From: an uncultured delta proteobacterium
GTDB lineage: Bacteria; Desulfobacterota; Binatia; UBA9968
Length of the DNA stretch: 64,000 nt
Assembly: GCA_963804165.1 (NCBI GenBank)
Contig: CAWDPO010000035.1
Coordinates: 64,001 to 128,000 of the forward strand
Direction: 5' to 3'
Part shown: positions 61,545 through 64,000 of the stretch, piece after piece
How the letters are laid out: the number at the start of each line of letters is the position of its first letter
How positions within the stretch are numbered: position 1 is the stretch's first letter
Made by a program: the position numbers and the translations under genes
Notes under the pieces: generated by a model
Told to the model about the DNA's origin: nothing
Database searches by the model: none
The model's input: the letters and a program-made list of their open reading frames with translations, nothing else

Positions 61545-61937
61545 ATGCCCTCGCCCGGCGAATACAAAACCGTCCAGTCTCGAATTTTAGCCTACGCACA
61601 AGAGATCGGTTGGTCCTTCGTCTCCCGCGATGAGGCTGAGCGACGGCGCGGCTTCGCCCCTCACCCTGACCCTCTCCCCGAGGACGGGGCGAGGGGAATT
61701 GCGGAAAGAGCACAGAAAGCCTCTGTATTCTTCGGCGACCTGCTGCATTCTCAAGTTCGCGCTTTCAATCCGAAATACAAAGAAGCCGAGGGAGCGCTCG
61801 TCGGTGAGTTCCAGCGGTTCCATTCGGACATCTACGGCAACCGCGAGTTCCTGACGGCGCTGCGCAATCAACACAAGTTTTTCAGCGTGGAAGACAATCG
61901 CGAGTTGGAGACTATGAGAAGCTGGATAAAAAGTTAA
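61545..61937 (+). pseudogene. 5' fragment of a second, unrelated type I hsdR with in-frame REP-like insert
   Basis: EYKTVQSRILAYAQEIGWSFVSRDEAERRRGF-[PHPDPLPEDGARG]-...FNPKY...IYGNREFL; stops after 130 aa. Confidence 0.65.
61657..61698 (+). repeat. REP-like palindrome, in frame
   Basis: cccctcaccctgaccctctccccgaggacggggcgagggga. Confidence 0.75.
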
Positions 61938-62040
61938 AACGGCTCGCGCATCGCGGCGACTCGTAGGCTCGCCCTTTGCGCAGAAAGAGCTGGTAGGGGC
62001 ATTAACGCACTTCTGTTGTGTTGTTAATTCGCCGAGCGCT

Positions 62041-63933
62041 ATGAAAATAGACCTAAGAAAGCGATGGAAAGCGTTGGCCGAATTTCTATCGCCGTTCAAT
62101 CAGTACCCGTACCAGCCGGACGATGTAGAGCGACTATGCACCAGTGCTCAAACTACCTTTTACGTGAGCATCGTCTCTCAGGTTGCTGTGTTGGTTCTAA
62201 GCGTGACGGCATGGTTTCGCTTCGGTGCTGGCGCTCTCCCGCTCAACGTCGGAATATTCACATTGATACTGTTCTGTTTATGGGCCGACTGGCTATTTTC
62301 CCGTGAGATCAAGCGGCCCACGCCTGGCGCTGGCAGCGACTACGTCACCTGGTTGTTTTGGATAGGCATTTTAAGCGCAATGGGGTTTGGTTGCTTGATC
62401 ACCAAAGTGCTCTCGTACGTATCGCTCACCTTATCTCAACTCCTGTTAACCGTTCCTTTGTTCATAATCGCCGTGATCAGTTTTTTGGCGAAGAGCGTGA
62501 ACGTGATCCCCCGTCGAGAAGTTCAACCCATCGTCTGGTTTGGTATCTGGGCTGGGTTGGCGCTGAGTCCGTTGGCCGTGGGGTGGTTAGCAGCCTCAAT
62601 GGTCATGTCGCTCGTAAGAGATGATCGAGCAACTGTGCGATATTGGCTCGATACTCATACGGCCGGCACGCGCAAATGCGCTTCCTGGACCGTAAATGAA
62701 GAACCTGTACGGGTCGCCGTGATGCTATCTGGAGGCGGATACCGTGCGGCAGTCACGCACGCGGGTATTTTGGCAGCGCTCGATGAGCAATGCGTTCCCG
62801 TCGATTTGCTATCCTCGGTTTCAGGCGGCTCGATCATCGCCGCGGCTTACGTGCTCGGCGTTCCGCCGAGAGAGTTTGCCACTCGTCTCACGCGCCAGAA
62901 ACCGGAACTGCCTGACACTCTCCTCAATATCTTCAATGTGTTCAAATCGCCGTCAGAACTCTATGGCGAGCATTTCAAAGATCAGTACTTTGGCGATCGG
63001 ACTTTGGATAAGCTTCCTGAGTCTCCCGCACTCTTGGTGAATGTGACCAATTTATATACCACACCGGCCTTGGCGCGGGAGATCGTTTTCAAAGACGGGG
63101 CAAACGAAGCGCTCCAACGAAAGGTTCGCATCGCGGATGCCGTAGCCGCGTCCGGGGCGTTTCCCGGTGCCTTCCAGCCCGTCACATTGAGTTGGGAGAC
63201 CACCTACGCCGACAGACGTGTATTCGCCGATCATCACTTAGTCGACGGCGGTGTGGTTGAAAACCTCGGCATCGAGGGGCTGCGTCGCTATTTTCAAAAT
63301 ATGAGTTGGCTAGAATGGTATTGGCGACGACCCCATATTCTGGTCATCTCAGACGCCAGCGGTTACGCCGGCAGCGGCGAGCGCATGGTGATCAATCCAG
63401 CGGCGGACGAAACGCTCCTGCGCGCGGCTGACATTCAGTTCGACGTATTGCATCGTCTTCTCTATGGCGAGCTTACCGGCATGGACGACCTCTCATCTCG
63501 AATCGCTGAGACGGACGTATGGCGGCAGTATTACAGCATGGATTTTCCCTCTCGATTAGTTCCGCAGGGTCCCAAGCCGGGCACGCGGCTCAAGGTTGCT
63601 ACTGAGAAAGGTCGAGGAGAGGTGACTGTGACTCCACAGAAGTTAGCCACCGTTGTGATACCGACGACAGCCGAGGCAACTCGAAAACTGCTCGAGAAAT
63701 ATCCCTCATGTACCGGGCCACACGGGGAAAAGGCTGCCGACATTCAAACACGGGTCAGTTCGCTATCGACTCTGTACGAGCTAGAGCCAAAACAAGTTCA
63801 AGAGGCTTTTTGGCTGGGATACGCACTCGGTCAACTCTATGGGCAGGCAATCGAGTGCGCTAGACGCGAACTCGGAGATCGCTCGTGCGCGGCCGCGCCG
63901 GCCGTTCCATCACTTACATGTAAGGCGATGTGA
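62041..63933 (+). CDS. Patatin-like phospholipase with N-terminal multi-TM region
   Basis: About 5 hydrophobic helices, then LSGGGYRA, SSVSGGS, AASGAFP, LVDGGVVENLG. Confidence 0.85.
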   Translation: MKIDLRKRWKALAEFLSPFNQYPYQPDDVERLCTSAQTTFYVSIVSQVAVLVLSVTAWFRFGAGALPLNVGIFTLILFCLWADWLFSREIKRPTPGAGSDYVTWLFWIGILSAMGFGCLITKVLSYVSLTLSQLLLTVPLFIIAVISFLAKSVNVIPRREVQPIVWFGIWAGLALSPLAVGWLAASMVMSLVRDDRATVRYWLDTHTAGTRKCASWTVNEEPVRVAVMLSGGGYRAAVTHAGILAALDEQCVPVDLLSSVSGGSIIAAAYVLGVPPREFATRLTRQKPELPDTLLNIFNVFKSPSELYGEHFKDQYFGDRTLDKLPESPALLVNVTNLYTTPALAREIVFKDGANEALQRKVRIADAVAASGAFPGAFQPVTLSWETTYADRRVFADHHLVDGGVVENLGIEGLRRYFQNMSWLEWYWRRPHILVISDASGYAGSGERMVINPAADETLLRAADIQFDVLHRLLYGELTGMDDLSSRIAETDVWRQYYSMDFPSRLVPQGPKPGTRLKVATEKGRGEVTVTPQKLATVVIPTTAEATRKLLEKYPSCTGPHGEKAADIQTRVSSLSTLYELEPKQVQEAFWLGYALGQLYGQAIECARRELGDRSCAAAPAVPSLTCKAM

Positions 63934-64000
63934 GTCGGCAGGCGATGGAGGGGCGTTGGGTCATGTTACCTTCGTTACGTGCTCATATCCCCCAGCAAAG

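Noticed and set aside
62041-63933. CBASS operon
   Set aside because: No CD-NTase or cap genes within the window

Overview
GC-rich bacterial chromosome segment. The many stand-alone NMT1/SsuA-type solute-binding proteins, the Rieske oxygenase, LLM oxidoreductase and amidohydrolase resemble Candidatus Binatia / deltaproteobacteria-like genomes (inference, not tested). Many genes carry single-base indels typical of an unpolished long-read consensus. Layout: 1-14.8 kb housekeeping and envelope genes (LVIVD protein, isochorismatase, TrmJ, spermidine-synthase fusion, UvrD/PcrA, small lipoproteins); 15.2-16.7 kb an IS; 16.7-22.1 kb RmlD, a methyltransferase and an acyltransferase-ACP-adenylation trio; 22-38 kb orphan solute-binding proteins and aromatic-catabolism-type enzymes; 39-48 kb PPi-PFK, IlvA, ExeA, VIT1 and DoxX; 48.5-64 kb a defence island. 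The island is the most unusual part: hsdM-hsdS, a PHP/SMC-like ATPase, a lone DarG-type macrodomain, two truncated diverged copies of the hsdR 5' end, YhcG, full hsdR, a Fic relic, symmetric operator arrays, a TA pair, a further hsdR 5' fragment and a membrane patatin. Outside the ORF track I found collapsed gene relics (nrfA, gap, MDR dehydrogenase, Phd/RelE), two sigma-54 promoters before small genes (one a classical C2H2 zinc finger), and a candidate small RNA with an anti-Shine-Dalgarno loop. No tRNA, rRNA or CRISPR array was seen.
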